A stretch of 59,870 nt of DNA, filler included. It is 4 parts of 4 records of this genome, joined end to end, with 100 filler letters (N's around TTAATTAATTAA, not from the genome) between each part and the next. Parts side by side here need not be neighbours in the genome. Positions count along the whole stretch, not along the records: positions 37,633 to 44,946 come from SRR20825019_2608; positions 45,047 to 59,870 come from SRR20825019_2609; 2 more parts are not named here. The stretch is one strand, 5' to 3'. Every line of letters starts with the position of its first letter. The stretch's first letter is position 1. The translations under genes and the position numbers were made by a program. The notes under the pieces were generated by a model. It did no database searches. It was not told where the DNA came from and saw only the letters and a program-made list of their open reading frames with translations. Positions 41,999-51,739 of the stretch are shown piece after piece.

Positions 41999-44247
41999 CC
42001 ATTTCGGCAGGCCATTTTTAGAGTGTTGTTGTGAGGCGGGTAAGACCAGTTATGGCTGCCAAGGGAGAGATAGCGCCAATAGCCCCTTTGTCCGGAAGGA
42101 GGGCCTGCAATCGCTGCGTAAGAATTTGGACTTGCTTGACAGGTGGCTGTCGCAGTGTCGCCAATCTGCGTTCCATCTTCACGCACCAGCTTCTTTGTGC
42201 CAACAGCACTTGACCAAGTGCAGTGATTCGACGCCGCCTGAGTCCATGGACTATCATCACTTCCTTGAGTGCCGCCTGCAATACTTATCCCGCAGTAGTT
42301 TGTGTTCGTGTATACGCCGGGATTTTGCCAGTACCATTGAGTTACATCACTCCAGGTGACCTCAAGATTACACTTGTCTCCAAGATTTAAAGGCGTTGCG
42401 TTACCTACAATGACTTTATGGGTTGTATCGTCCGGACGTTTATAGGTCTCGACTTCGTCACGCTCGTCGAAGCGGGTACATTCTTCGTAGAATGTTTCAC
42501 CATTTACTGCAGGACCTTTGCCTACATAGGAGTAGGGGATCTGGGGATCACCGGGCAAGACCTGCGAGGTCAGCACGTTGTATCGACCAGTCAGGGTCTC
42601 TACGCCCTCAATATAAACCGTGACGAGGCGATATGCGAAAAGCTTGTCGTCATGTCGCTGATAGCCCGTGATTTCCTGCTGATGCTGATAGATGACGCCG
42701 TTGTCCTGGCACTCCGTCACCGGTTCCTGTTTGCCATCGAGCAGATAATAGAAACGTTCTTGGCCGATGCTCTGGCTGGCGCTGATATTATGCGTCCATT
42801 TGGACGGATCTTCGCAGCCAGCCGTGGTTGACTGGATATCCTTCGCAGAGGTGTCCGGCGTGCAAGGCGTGCGATACAGTTCGAAGCCGTTGACATTGAT
42901 CATCACCCGGCTTTGCAGCGTTACCTTGCCGCTTTCCCGGTTGATGATCGGCTCGCAAACCTGATCGCCATTAGCTGTCTTGTAAATCGTGCTGTGCGGA
43001 TATTCTTCGTCGTTATCCTGGCAGGAGGTGTCCCAATCCTGACCATCCAGCGTGTAGATATATTTCGAGCGGCCATAGGACTTGTTCGCTAGGAAGTCAT
43101 CGCGAATGTCGCAGCCTTCGGTCGTTTCGACCAACGGCACAGGTTCGACTTCGATTGAAGCTGCACAATCGGCAACCGGGACGACTTTGCCGTTATGGTT
43201 GGTGTAAACCAGCTTGCCTTGCGGCACAGCCTGAAGGTTGACGTAATCGAGATAGACATTGCAGGCATTGCGATCTTCAACAATGTCGTAGATTTTTTCT
43301 GCGTCCGGCTGGCAGTCCCCGATTTCTTCCCGATTGCCGCCGCCGTCCGTGTAATAATACATGAACTGTGCGGTTGCTTTCATCGTCTCGGTATTTTCGT
43401 CGTAAGGGCAAACCGCATATGATTGGTTTATCTTGAAGCGTTCTGAACCATCGGCGCACTCGCCGTATTCTGGCGTACCGTCAGTTGTCGTCACGACGCG
43501 GGTTTGCTGGATCGCCTGAAGCTGATCAAGATCAACCCGAATTTCGCATCCTTCTGTCGTGATGTTCGAGCTGATGACGGCTTCCTTGCCGACATCCAGT
43601 GCGCTTGGGGTACTGTATCCCGAGGCATCCGGATTGGAACCGGCATTGCTGCCGACACTGCCAGAGGACGCGCCAACACCGGAATCAGCGATCTCTTCCT
43701 CTTTTTCTTCCTTAACTTCCTCTTCCTGCAGGGAAGCAAGACGTTCAAGAGCTGCTTTGAGTTCCGCCTGATTACCCTCAACTGAAATCGGCAAAGAGGG
43801 ATCGAGAGAGGGCCGTTCAATATCGAACTGCGCGACAAAGTTGTCGGAGTTAAGTGCCTCGACACGACTGTTCTTCTCGACACTGGAGAGCACCAGCTGG
43901 CCGATCTTCATGTCGTCAACTGAAACAAACCGTGCATAGGCCTTCGCAGTTACGCCTTCGGTGAGGTTTTTGGAAACACCTGGAACATCGACAAGCCCGA
44001 GATCAAGCGCAACCGGTTCATTTTCCGGAAGTTCCGTGACCTGTTTGGTTCTGGTGATGATTTTCACCTTTTGAACCAGGGCATCCATGTCGCTGCCAGC
44101 TTCATTTGTCCCGGGTTGATCGACCGGGGTGGAGACTGCAGCTGCAGTTTCCGAATTGTTGTCATCAATCGACTGCGCCACCTGTGCGGATGCCGGCAGA
44201 ACCAGACATGACGACAACAAAAGCAAAGCTAACAATTTGCTTTTCAT
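41980..44247 (-). CDS. 755-aa secreted protein with tandem two-Cys repeats (adhesin/TraN-like by inference)
   Basis: Signal peptide MKSKLLALLLLSSCLVLPASA starting 4 nt after the virB10 stop; six ~50-aa C-x(29-34)-C units. Confidence 0.8.
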   Translation of the reverse strand: MKSKLLALLLLSSCLVLPASAQVAQSIDDNNSETAAAVSTPVDQPGTNEAGSDMDALVQKVKIITRTKQVTELPENEPVALDLGLVDVPGVSKNLTEGVTAKAYARFVSVDDMKIGQLVLSSVEKNSRVEALNSDNFVAQFDIERPSLDPSLPISVEGNQAELKAALERLASLQEEEVKEEKEEEIADSGVGASSGSVGSNAGSNPDASGYSTPSALDVGKEAVISSNITTEGCEIRVDLDQLQAIQQTRVVTTTDGTPEYGECADGSERFKINQSYAVCPYDENTETMKATAQFMYYYTDGGGNREEIGDCQPDAEKIYDIVEDRNACNVYLDYVNLQAVPQGKLVYTNHNGKVVPVADCAASIEVEPVPLVETTEGCDIRDDFLANKSYGRSKYIYTLDGQDWDTSCQDNDEEYPHSTIYKTANGDQVCEPIINRESGKVTLQSRVMINVNGFELYRTPCTPDTSAKDIQSTTAGCEDPSKWTHNISASQSIGQERFYYLLDGKQEPVTECQDNGVIYQHQQEITGYQRHDDKLFAYRLVTVYIEGVETLTGRYNVLTSQVLPGDPQIPYSYVGKGPAVNGETFYEECTRFDERDEVETYKRPDDTTHKVIVGNATPLNLGDKCNLEVTWSDVTQWYWQNPGVYTNTNYCGISIAGGTQGSDDSPWTQAASNHCTWSSAVGTKKLVREDGTQIGDTATATCQASPNSYAAIAGPPSGQRGYWRYLSLGSHNWSYPPHNNTLKMACRNGWGWVR

Positions 44248-44251
44248 GACG

Positions 44252-44944
44252 TTACTCCACTTCTTGGATGTACCAGTCCGTTGCCGGACGGATTTGAAGG
44301 CGTGTGCCTTGGGGAATGGTGATGATCGGTTTGAGGTCGAGGGTCCGCTCAAGCATGTCGGCCGTAATTTCCCCAAACTTGGTCGAGAGTTCTTCGGATG
44401 CTTTTTCGGCGGCCGCGGTCGCGACTTCGCCATCGGCATCTTCTGTCTTCGTGCTGGCGGCGGCATAACGAACGGCCGTGGAAATACCTGTCAGCAGGAA
44501 GGCGTTGCCGTAACGCTGCCAAAACCTGTTATCGACTTCGCCGGCGACACCGAGCCAGCCCTGCTGGTTTGTCACGTTTGAGCCGATATTGAGGATTTCC
44601 GCCCGATGACCTGCCATCAGGATACGTTCGCAGTTAATGCCGATCTGGCTGCTGCCCATATCCTCCGGCGCCATGAAGGTGCAGACCAGCCTTGAGCCTT
44701 TGGGAACAAGGTTCATGCGACCGTGATAGCCGAAGACATCGCGGGTGGTCTGTAAAATGACCGATCCCGGTTCACCGGCACCAACCTGTGTATTGATCCC
44801 GGTTTCCAGCTGAACGGGAATGTATCGATCCTGGGTGATTTTCCGGGTGTTATCCACGGGCAGGGTCGAGGTTTTGCGGGCTCCGCCATAATCTTCAGGG
44901 GGCGTATCGAGCTTTTTGAGATCGAGCGGATCAGGCGCAGGAGC
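44252..44944 (-). CDS. virB10: VirB10/TrbI-family T4SS core protein (5'-truncated)
   Basis: IPVQLETGINT, LVPKGSRL, G.LGVAGEVDNRFWQRYG, LKPIITIPQG. Confidence 0.9.
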   Translation of the reverse strand, partial: APAPDPLDLKKLDTPPEDYGGARKTSTLPVDNTRKITQDRYIPVQLETGINTQVGAGEPGSVILQTTRDVFGYHGRMNLVPKGSRLVCTFMAPEDMGSSQIGINCERILMAGHRAEILNIGSNVTNQQGWLGVAGEVDNRFWQRYGNAFLLTGISTAVRYAAASTKTEDADGEVATAAAEKASEELSTKFGEITADMLERTLDLKPIITIPQGTRLQIRPATDWYIQEVE

Positions 44945-44946
44945 GG

Positions 44947-45046
44947 NNNNNNNNNNNNNNNNNNNNNNNNNNNNNNNNNNNNNNNNNNNNTTAATTAATT
45001 AANNNNNNNNNNNNNNNNNNNNNNNNNNNNNNNNNNNNNNNNNNNN
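44947..45046. other. Artificial contig linker
   Basis: N44-TTAATTAATTAA-N44. Confidence 0.98.
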
Positions 45047-45047
45047 G

Positions 45048-45755
45048 ATCGTGGTGCATGGCGGCGGCCCGCAGATTGCTTCCATGCTCAAGAATTTGGG
45101 CATCGAATCCAAGTTCGAAGGCGGCTTGCGCGTCACCGATGCGAGGACCATGGAAGTGGTCGAGATGGTGCTTGCCGGCTCGATCAACAAGGAAATCGTC
45201 GCCCTGATCAATGCCGAGGGCGAATGGGCGATTGGCCTGTGCGGCAAGGACGGCAATATGGTCTTTGCCAAGAAGGCCGAAAAGACCATCAAGGATCCCG
45301 GCTCCAATATCGAGCGCGTGCTTGATCTCGGCTTTGTCGGCGAGCCCATCGAGGTCGACCGCACCCTGCTGGATCTGTTGGCCCGCTCCGAGCTGATCCC
45401 GGTGATCGCCCCGGTGGCGCCCGGCCGCGATGGCAATACCTATAATATCAATGCCGATACCTTTGCCGGTGCCATTGCTGGCTCGCTCGGCGCCAAGCGC
45501 CTCTTGTTCCTCACCGACGTGCCCGGCGTGCTCGACAGGGACGGCAAGCTGATCCCCGAGCTGACCGTGCGCGACGCCAAGGCGCTGATCGCCGACGGCA
45601 CCATTTCGGGCGGCATGATCCCCAAGGTCGAAACCTGCCTCGAGGCACTCGACAATGGCGTCGAGGGCGTCGTTATCCTCAATGGCAAGCAGCCCCATGT
45701 GGTGCTGGTGGAACTGTTCACCGAATTCGGTGCCGGCACGCTGATCGTGCGCTAG
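45048..45755 (+). CDS. argB: Acetylglutamate kinase (5'-truncated)
   Basis: [42 protein letters not shown]. Confidence 0.96.
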   Translation: MVVHGGGPQIASMLKNLGIESKFEGGLRVTDARTMEVVEMVLAGSINKEIVALINAEGEWAIGLCGKDGNMVFAKKAEKTIKDPGSNIERVLDLGFVGEPIEVDRTLLDLLARSELIPVIAPVAPGRDGNTYNINADTFAGAIAGSLGAKRLLFLTDVPGVLDRDGKLIPELTVRDAKALIADGTISGGMIPKVETCLEALDNGVEGVVILNGKQPHVVLVELFTEFGAGTLIVR

Positions 45756-45814
45756 GCCCCAAACAGGGTAAACTGTTTCCAAACGCCGCCTGCGAACGCA
45801 AAGAGGTGACCCAA

Positions 45815-45841
45815 AATACTCTATAAAAATGATAGAGTATT
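45815..45841. promoter_or_regulatory. AT-rich inverted repeat, candidate operator of the TauE gene
   Basis: AATACTCTAT-AAAAATG-ATAGAGTATT (perfect 10-bp arms). Confidence 0.55.
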
Positions 45842-45862
45842 GCGATAGCCTCTCCCGGTCGC

Positions 45863-46654
45863 ATGAGGGAGGCGGTATTGGGTTCGGAGTTCCTGGTCTT
45901 TGCAATCGTGGGCTTTCTTGCCCAGATCGTCGATGGCGCGCTGGGCATGGCCTATGGCGTGGTCAGCACCACCATGCTGCTCAGCTTCGGTCTCCCCCCT
46001 GCCGCGGCCTCGGCCAGCGTTCATGCGGCCGAAATGTTCACGACAGCAGCCTCAGCCACCAGCCACATCAGCCAACGCAATGTGAATTGGCGGTTGTTCT
46101 GGCGTTTGGCTCCGGCCGGCATAGCCGGTGGCGTACTGGGCACATATGTCCTGACATCGATTGACGGCACCGTGCTGCGCCCCTTCGTGACCGTCTATCT
46201 GGGACTTCTGGGTGCCTATATTCTGTTCAGGGCCTTCAGGGTGCGCGCGCCCTATCGCGAGCACGGCACAGCCTATGTTGCCCCGCTCGGCGTGGTGGGC
46301 GGTTTCGTGGACGCGGCAGGCGGTGGCGGTTGGGGACCCATCGTTACCTCCAGCCTGATCGGATCGGGCGGGGCGCCACGCTTCGTCGTCGGCACGGTCA
46401 ATACGGTGGAGTTCTTCGTCACGACCTCGGTGTCCGCCGCTTTCCTGACTGCACTCCTCACCGGTCACTGGCAACAGGCCGACGGCCTTTATGGCCACGT
46501 CTGGTCGGTCGCCGGTCTGGTTGTCGGCGGGGTACTGGCTGCGCCCCTCGCTGGTTTCGTGGTCCGGATCATCTCCGCCAAGCGGCTGATGATCCTTGTG
46601 GGCGGACTCGTCATCTTACTGGCCGTCTACCAGACCTGGCAGCTGCTGGCCTGA
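45863..46654 (+). CDS. Sulfite exporter TauE/SafE family protein
   Basis: AQIVDGALGMAYG, ASASVH, DAAGGGGWGP, GTVN..EF; true start may be TTG at 45878. Confidence 0.9.
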   Translation: MREAVLGSEFLVFAIVGFLAQIVDGALGMAYGVVSTTMLLSFGLPPAAASASVHAAEMFTTAASATSHISQRNVNWRLFWRLAPAGIAGGVLGTYVLTSIDGTVLRPFVTVYLGLLGAYILFRAFRVRAPYREHGTAYVAPLGVVGGFVDAAGGGGWGPIVTSSLIGSGGAPRFVVGTVNTVEFFVTTSVSAAFLTALLTGHWQQADGLYGHVWSVAGLVVGGVLAAPLAGFVVRIISAKRLMILVGGLVILLAVYQTWQLLA

Positions 46655-46714
46655 CGGTGCCGGCGCGGAACGCGATACCGCAAGGCTCACCAGCCCGCGG
46701 ACGCCCGGCAAGGT

Positions 46715-48202
46715 TCAGACCTCGGCGACAACGGGCCTGGCCTTGTCCTGCCCCTCGGGCACCCGGCTATTGCCCTTGAAGACAAAGGCCAGCGCCAGCA
46801 CGAGGGCGAACGAGACCACCTGATACCACATTGCCAGGGCGGCAGCGTCGCCAAAGGCGGCCTGCGGCCCCTCTCCGGCAGCGAAATTGCCCGCGAGCTG
46901 GGAAAAGAAGATCTGCCCCACCAGCGCCACGCCGAGCGCGCCGCCGACCTGCTGGAAAGCCTGCAAGGCGCCTGACCCTGCCCCGGCATCGCGTGGCGGC
47001 ACATTGCGCAACACCAGCTGGAACAGCGAGGAAAAGCCGGTGCCCAGGCCAATGCCGGCAATGAGCAGCGGCAGCAGGAAGCTCCACGGATCAATGCTGT
47101 TGCCCGTGCCGGCGATCACAAAATGCAGCCAGCCAATGCCGAAACTCACCATGGCGCCGGCCGCCGCAAGCCGGCTGCGCAAATAGTTCGACCCGAACCG
47201 GCCGGCAATGAAGGATGCGATCAGCACGCCCACCGAAAAGGGCAGATTGGTCAGGCCCGATTGCAGCGGCGTAAAGCCGAAGCCGGATTGCAGCAACAGC
47301 GAAATCACCAGGAACAGGCCCGGAATACCCGAGGCAAAGACGGTGACCACAAAGGCCCCGAACATGTAGTCGCGATTGGCCAGCAGGTCGTAATTGAGCA
47401 ATTGCGGCTGCCCCGCACGCGCCCGGCGCTTCTGCCAGAAATAGAACAATACGAGCAGCGACAGGCCTGCCGCCATCATGGCAAAGCTCCATGCCGGCCA
47501 GCCCAGCGCCCGCCCCTCGATGATCGGGAACACCACCGCGACGATGCCCAGTCCGAACAGCGCGATACCGGCATAATCATTGCGCAGTTCGGAATGGCCC
47601 GGCAGCCGGGGGATGAGGAACCAGCCGGCAATGATGGCGGCAATGCCAATGGGAATATTGACCAGGAAGATCGGCTGCCAGTCGAGGCCGAAAAGCTGGG
47701 CGTCGATCAGCAAGCCCCCCAGCACCGGCCCGCAGACCGAAGCCAGACCGGCCGAGAGACCGAAGAGCGAAAAGGCCTGCCCGCGCTCATGCGGCGGAAA
47801 GGTCACCGTGGCAATCGCCAGCACCTGGGGCGTCATCATCGCCCCGCCCAGCCCCTGCAGCACACGCGCGCCGATCAGCATCTCGATCGAAGGCGCCATG
47901 CCGCACAGCGCCGAGGCGAGCGTAAAGGCCGCCACGCCAATCAGGAACATGCGGCTGCGCCCCACAATGTCACCCAGCCGCCCGAACGGCAGCAGGCCCA
48001 GGGCAAAGGCGAGGACATAAGCGGCCACCACCCATTCGATCTGCGCATCGCTTGCGCCCAGATTGTCGCGCATCGAAGGCAGCGCCACATTGACGATGGT
48101 CACATCGATCAGGTTCATGAAATTGGCAATGAGCAGGATGCCCAGCGCCAGCCAGCGGCGCGGGTCAGGGGGCGCAGCGGCTCCGGCTTCATTGGTCGGC
48201 AT
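46715..48202 (-). CDS. MFS transporter, DHA2 (EmrB/QacA) family
   Basis: D.TIVNVALP, GRLGD..GR, ARVLQGLGGA, W..IFLVNIPIG; many TM helices. Confidence 0.92.
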   Translation of the reverse strand: MPTNEAGAAAPPDPRRWLALGILLIANFMNLIDVTIVNVALPSMRDNLGASDAQIEWVVAAYVLAFALGLLPFGRLGDIVGRSRMFLIGVAAFTLASALCGMAPSIEMLIGARVLQGLGGAMMTPQVLAIATVTFPPHERGQAFSLFGLSAGLASVCGPVLGGLLIDAQLFGLDWQPIFLVNIPIGIAAIIAGWFLIPRLPGHSELRNDYAGIALFGLGIVAVVFPIIEGRALGWPAWSFAMMAAGLSLLVLFYFWQKRRARAGQPQLLNYDLLANRDYMFGAFVVTVFASGIPGLFLVISLLLQSGFGFTPLQSGLTNLPFSVGVLIASFIAGRFGSNYLRSRLAAAGAMVSFGIGWLHFVIAGTGNSIDPWSFLLPLLIAGIGLGTGFSSLFQLVLRNVPPRDAGAGSGALQAFQQVGGALGVALVGQIFFSQLAGNFAAGEGPQAAFGDAAALAMWYQVVSFALVLALAFVFKGNSRVPEGQDKARPVVAEV

Positions 48203-48213
48203 GCAAATTCCTC

Positions 48214-48246
48214 AAAACAAAGGGAATGGGCCGTAACGGCCCATTC
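48214..48246 (-). terminator. Terminator-like hairpin between the small ORF and the MFS gene
   Basis: GAATGGGCCG-TAA-CGGCCCATTC (48224-48246), followed on the minus strand by CCTTTGTTTT. Confidence 0.55.
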
Positions 48247-48288
48247 AAATAATCAAAAAAGAGCCTCGCGGAATGGCGAGACAGAAAC

Positions 48289-48522
48289 TCAGTCGGCCAC
48301 ACCTTCGGGCAGAATGCCCGCCTTGAACAGCACCTTGGGCTCGTCATAGGTGTCCGCCTCGACATCCACATCGGCCGAATAGGCCCACACACCGGCGCGC
48401 ATCGGGGCGATGCGCTCGGCCGATGCGATGGCCGCCTCCGCCGATTTGGACTGCTGCGGCTGATCAGGCTCCAGCTTCCGGCCCTTCTGTCGAAAGCCTT
48501 GCACGTAATAGAGCGTCGCCAC
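48289..48522 (-). CDS. Small hypothetical protein (77 aa)
   Basis: GTG start after AAAGGA; YYVQGF...AERIA...AGVWAYS...YDEPKVLF..G.LP. Confidence 0.65.
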   Translation of the reverse strand: MATLYYVQGFRQKGRKLEPDQPQQSKSAEAAIASAERIAPMRAGVWAYSADVDVEADTYDEPKVLFKAGILPEGVAD

Positions 48523-48751
48523 TGTTCTGATCCTTTGGTTGCCCGGTCGCGCGCAGACTCGCCATGCCGGTGAAAGCTGCCTCCATTTACGCCACAATCG
48601 GGCTCGTGTCGCAGGCCAAGTTCGACATTGACCCGATCGGCGCGGTCCGGTGGACACCGACCGCCACCCCGCGCCAGTATCGCCCGGCGTTGACATTTGC
48701 TGTCAGCAGGCGTCCATCACCGCCACAATCAAGAGCCGCCGAGACCGACTG

Positions 48752-50272
48752 ATGACCGACTATGTCCGCAAGATCCTGACCTCCTCGGTTTATGAGGTGG
48801 CTGTCCAGACGCCGCTCGAAAAAATGGACCTGCTCTCGGCGCGGCTGGGGCAGACCATTCTGGTCAAGCGCGAGGATCTGCAGCCAGTCTTTTCCTTCAA
48901 GATCCGCGGCGCGCATAATCGTATCGTTCATCTGACCGCCGAGGAGCGGGCCCGCGGCGTGATCTGCGCTTCGGCCGGCAACCACGCCCAGGGCGTTGCG
49001 CTGTCCGCGACCCGGCTGGGCATCCGCGCCATTGTGGTAATGCCCACCACCACCCCGATCATCAAGGTCAATGCGGTCAAGCGCCTGGGTGGCGAAGTGG
49101 TGCTGTTCGGCGACGGGTTCGACGCGGCGCGCACCCATGCGGCTGGCCTGGCGGAAAAGCACGGCCATGTCTTTGTGCATCCTTTCGACGACCCCGATGT
49201 CATTGCCGGACAGGGCACGGTGGGGCTGGAAATCATGCGCCAGCATCCCGAACCCATTGGCGCCATCTACGTGCCCGTCGGCGGCGGCGGTCTGGCCGCA
49301 GGCATTGCCAGCTTCGTCAAATTCCTGCGCCCCGAAATCCGCATCATCGGCGTCGAGCCGGACGAGGCGGCCAGCATGAAGGCGGCGATTGCCGCCGGCA
49401 GGCCAGTGCCATTGGATCAGGTCGGCCTGTTTGCCGATGGCGTGGCGGTGCGACAGGTGGGGGACGAGACCTTCCGCCTCTGCCGCGATCTGCTCGACGA
49501 TATCGTCACGGTCTCCGCCGACGAGATCTGCGCCGCCATCAAGGACATTTTCGACGACCATCGCGCCATTACCGAACCCGCCGGCGCCCTGGCACTGGCG
49601 GGTCTGCGGCGCGACATTGAAAATGGCAATGCGCCAAAGGATGGCGCGCTGATCGCCATCAATTCGGGCGCCAATGTCAATTTCGACCGGCTGCGCTATG
49701 TGGCCGAGCGGGCCGAAATCGGGGAGCGGGCCGAAGCGCTGCTGGCCGTGACGATACCCGAACGGCCGGGCAGCTATCGCGCCTTTATCCGCCTGATCGG
49801 CAATCGCGCCATCACCGAGTTCAACTATCGCTACCGCGCCGGGGACAGCGCCCGCATCTTCGTCGGCGTCAAACTCGCGCGCGGCGATATCGAGAAACGC
49901 GAAATCATCGATCTGCTCGAAGACAACGACCTGTCGGTGACCGACCTGACCGACAATGAAGTGGCCAAACTCCATGTCCGGCACATGGTGGGCGGTCGTG
50001 CGGCAGGGCTGACCGATGAGCAGGTGTTCCGCTTCCAGTTTCCCGAACGGCCGGGCGCCCTGCTCAAATTCCTCGAGGGACTGAACGATGCCTGGAACAT
50101 TACCCTGTTCCATTATCGCAATCACGGCTCCGACTATGGGCGCGTGCTTGTGGGAGTGCAGGTGCCGGCCGAAACGCGGTCCGACTTCTTCGCTCATATC
50201 GACGCTATCGGCTTTCCTTACTGGGATGAGACCGAGAACCCAGCCTATCGACAGTTCCTGCATATGGATTGA
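48752..50272 (+). CDS. ilvA: Threonine ammonia-lyase, biosynthetic
   Basis: KREDLQPVFSFKIRGA, SAGNHAQG, VGGGGL, two regulatory domains (ERPGS, ERPGAL, FHYRNHG). Confidence 0.96.
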   Translation: MTDYVRKILTSSVYEVAVQTPLEKMDLLSARLGQTILVKREDLQPVFSFKIRGAHNRIVHLTAEERARGVICASAGNHAQGVALSATRLGIRAIVVMPTTTPIIKVNAVKRLGGEVVLFGDGFDAARTHAAGLAEKHGHVFVHPFDDPDVIAGQGTVGLEIMRQHPEPIGAIYVPVGGGGLAAGIASFVKFLRPEIRIIGVEPDEAASMKAAIAAGRPVPLDQVGLFADGVAVRQVGDETFRLCRDLLDDIVTVSADEICAAIKDIFDDHRAITEPAGALALAGLRRDIENGNAPKDGALIAINSGANVNFDRLRYVAERAEIGERAEALLAVTIPERPGSYRAFIRLIGNRAITEFNYRYRAGDSARIFVGVKLARGDIEKREIIDLLEDNDLSVTDLTDNEVAKLHVRHMVGGRAAGLTDEQVFRFQFPERPGALLKFLEGLNDAWNITLFHYRNHGSDYGRVLVGVQVPAETRSDFFAHIDAIGFPYWDETENPAYRQFLHMD

Positions 50273-50426
50273 GCGGGCGGCTGACATTAGGGTGAAATAA
50301 ACCGCATCTAAAGCGGGCCGACCTATTTCCGCCATGTCGCCATTGCATTTGCCCGAGCAAGGGGCAATCTGTCGACACTTAAGCAAAACTGGACCGCTCC
50401 GGCACGCGCCAGACGATAAGAGGGAC

Positions 50427-51662
50427 ATGAACACGATGATCAGAACGATCAAGACCACCAGCCTGATGACTGCCACCGGGCTTGCCGCCTTTAGCGTCAT
50501 GCAGCCCGCCTTGGCGCTGGATGCGCAGGCTTTCGTTGATCGCATCGAGTCGGTCTACGCGGTCATGGGCTATGACATGAGCTTTGGCGCAGCCAGTCTG
50601 TCCGGCGACACCATTACGGTTGATGGGGTGACCATCACCATGACCGACATGGACCCCTTGGCCCTTGATACGGAACTGACCTTTTCCGGTGTCGTCGAGA
50701 ATGAGGATGGTAGCTATTTCGCCGACAGCCTGACCACGCCCGATCTCGATATCGAATTTGGCGACGAGCATGTTGGCCAGCTGACGCTGGTGGACATGGT
50801 CGCCGAAGATCTCTGGCTGCCGCCGGAAGGCGAAACCAGCGCCGAGGTGCTGGTGCAACTGATCGGCCGCATGGCCACCGGCCCCCTGACCGTGACCCGC
50901 GATGGCGCCGAAGTCATCAAGATCGCCGGCATGGAAGCGGTCTCCGAATTTGCCTATGACGCCGACGACGCGCTGGAATCGATCCATTCGGACGTTGCCA
51001 TCACCGATATCTGGGCAGATCTTTCCACCCTGGGCGAGGAGGAGCCGGAAGCCGGCGCCATTGTCGAGGCGCTGGGGCTGACCATGATTTCGGGCAACAT
51101 TACCCAGTCGGTGAGCTGGTCCATGGGCGATGGGCGCATGGTGTTCGAGGAAATGCTGCTCGACTTCGCCGATATTGGCGCCCTCAATTTCACTGCCGAC
51201 ATTACCGGCTTCACGCTCGACATGCTCGACAAGATCTACGCCATGCAGGCCTCCGATCTTGACCCGACCAGCGAAGAAGCCCAGGCCCAGCAGATGATGG
51301 CCGGCATGGAAATCGCCCAGGCGCTGTCCATTGGCGGCTCGTCGCTGCGCTATGACGATGCTGGCCTGGCGCCCAAGCTGCTCGACATGTTTGCCGAACA
51401 GTCGGGTGTCGAGCGCGCCGCATTTGTGGAGAGCCTCAAGGCCATGTTGCCGGCCATGATCGCGGAAAGCGGCGTTCCTGCCCTCAATGACGTTGTGGTG
51501 CCGCCCGTCTCGGCCTTCCTTGATGATCCGCAGAACCTGGAAGTGGCGGTCAAGCCGGCCTCCCCGACCTCGGTTCTGGTGCTGGCCGCCGCTGCCGCCA
51601 ATCCGGCGGGCCTGATCCAGGCGCTGGGCCTGACCGTGACGGCGAACAGCAAGACCAAATAA
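50427..51662 (+). CDS. Exported acidic hypothetical protein
   Basis: Signal peptide ending ..PALA; strong GC3 bias; C-terminal AFLDDPQNLEV..KP..P...LGLTVTAN. Confidence 0.8.
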   Translation: MNTMIRTIKTTSLMTATGLAAFSVMQPALALDAQAFVDRIESVYAVMGYDMSFGAASLSGDTITVDGVTITMTDMDPLALDTELTFSGVVENEDGSYFADSLTTPDLDIEFGDEHVGQLTLVDMVAEDLWLPPEGETSAEVLVQLIGRMATGPLTVTRDGAEVIKIAGMEAVSEFAYDADDALESIHSDVAITDIWADLSTLGEEEPEAGAIVEALGLTMISGNITQSVSWSMGDGRMVFEEMLLDFADIGALNFTADITGFTLDMLDKIYAMQASDLDPTSEEAQAQQMMAGMEIAQALSIGGSSLRYDDAGLAPKLLDMFAEQSGVERAAFVESLKAMLPAMIAESGVPALNDVVVPPVSAFLDDPQNLEVAVKPASPTSVLVLAAAAANPAGLIQALGLTVTANSKTK

Positions 51663-51739
51663 GCCCATTGCGGGGCCCTGCGGGCCCCGCGTCCTCCTGC
51701 GCTGATGCAGGCTTCATCCTTTTATGGCATGATAGGCCA

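Larger units (their letters stand above)
37633..44946 (-). mobile_element. Fragment of a conjugative plasmid or ICE transfer operon
   Basis: Co-oriented, tightly coupled virB10-orf-virB11-virD4-orf-ardC. Confidence 0.85.

Noticed and set aside
44248-44466. 73-aa N-terminal extension of the 828-aa ORF
   Set aside because: It overlaps virB10 in another frame; the signal peptide begins at the ATG at 44247
9239-45046. Apparent bacterial-eukaryote chimera or large HGT; repeated TTAATTAATTAA motif
   Set aside because: All three junctions are identical N-padded six-frame-stop linkers, so adjacency between segments carries no biological meaning
48523-48751. ilvA attenuator or leader peptide; CGCCACAATC occurs twice
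   Set aside because: No short Ile/Thr-rich leader with a terminator was found, and a 10-nt duplicate alone is insufficient evidence
51670-51690. Hairpin GCGGGGCCC-TGC-GGGCCCCGC as a terminator
   Set aside because: There is no U-tract on either strand; at most it is an mRNA-stabilising stem
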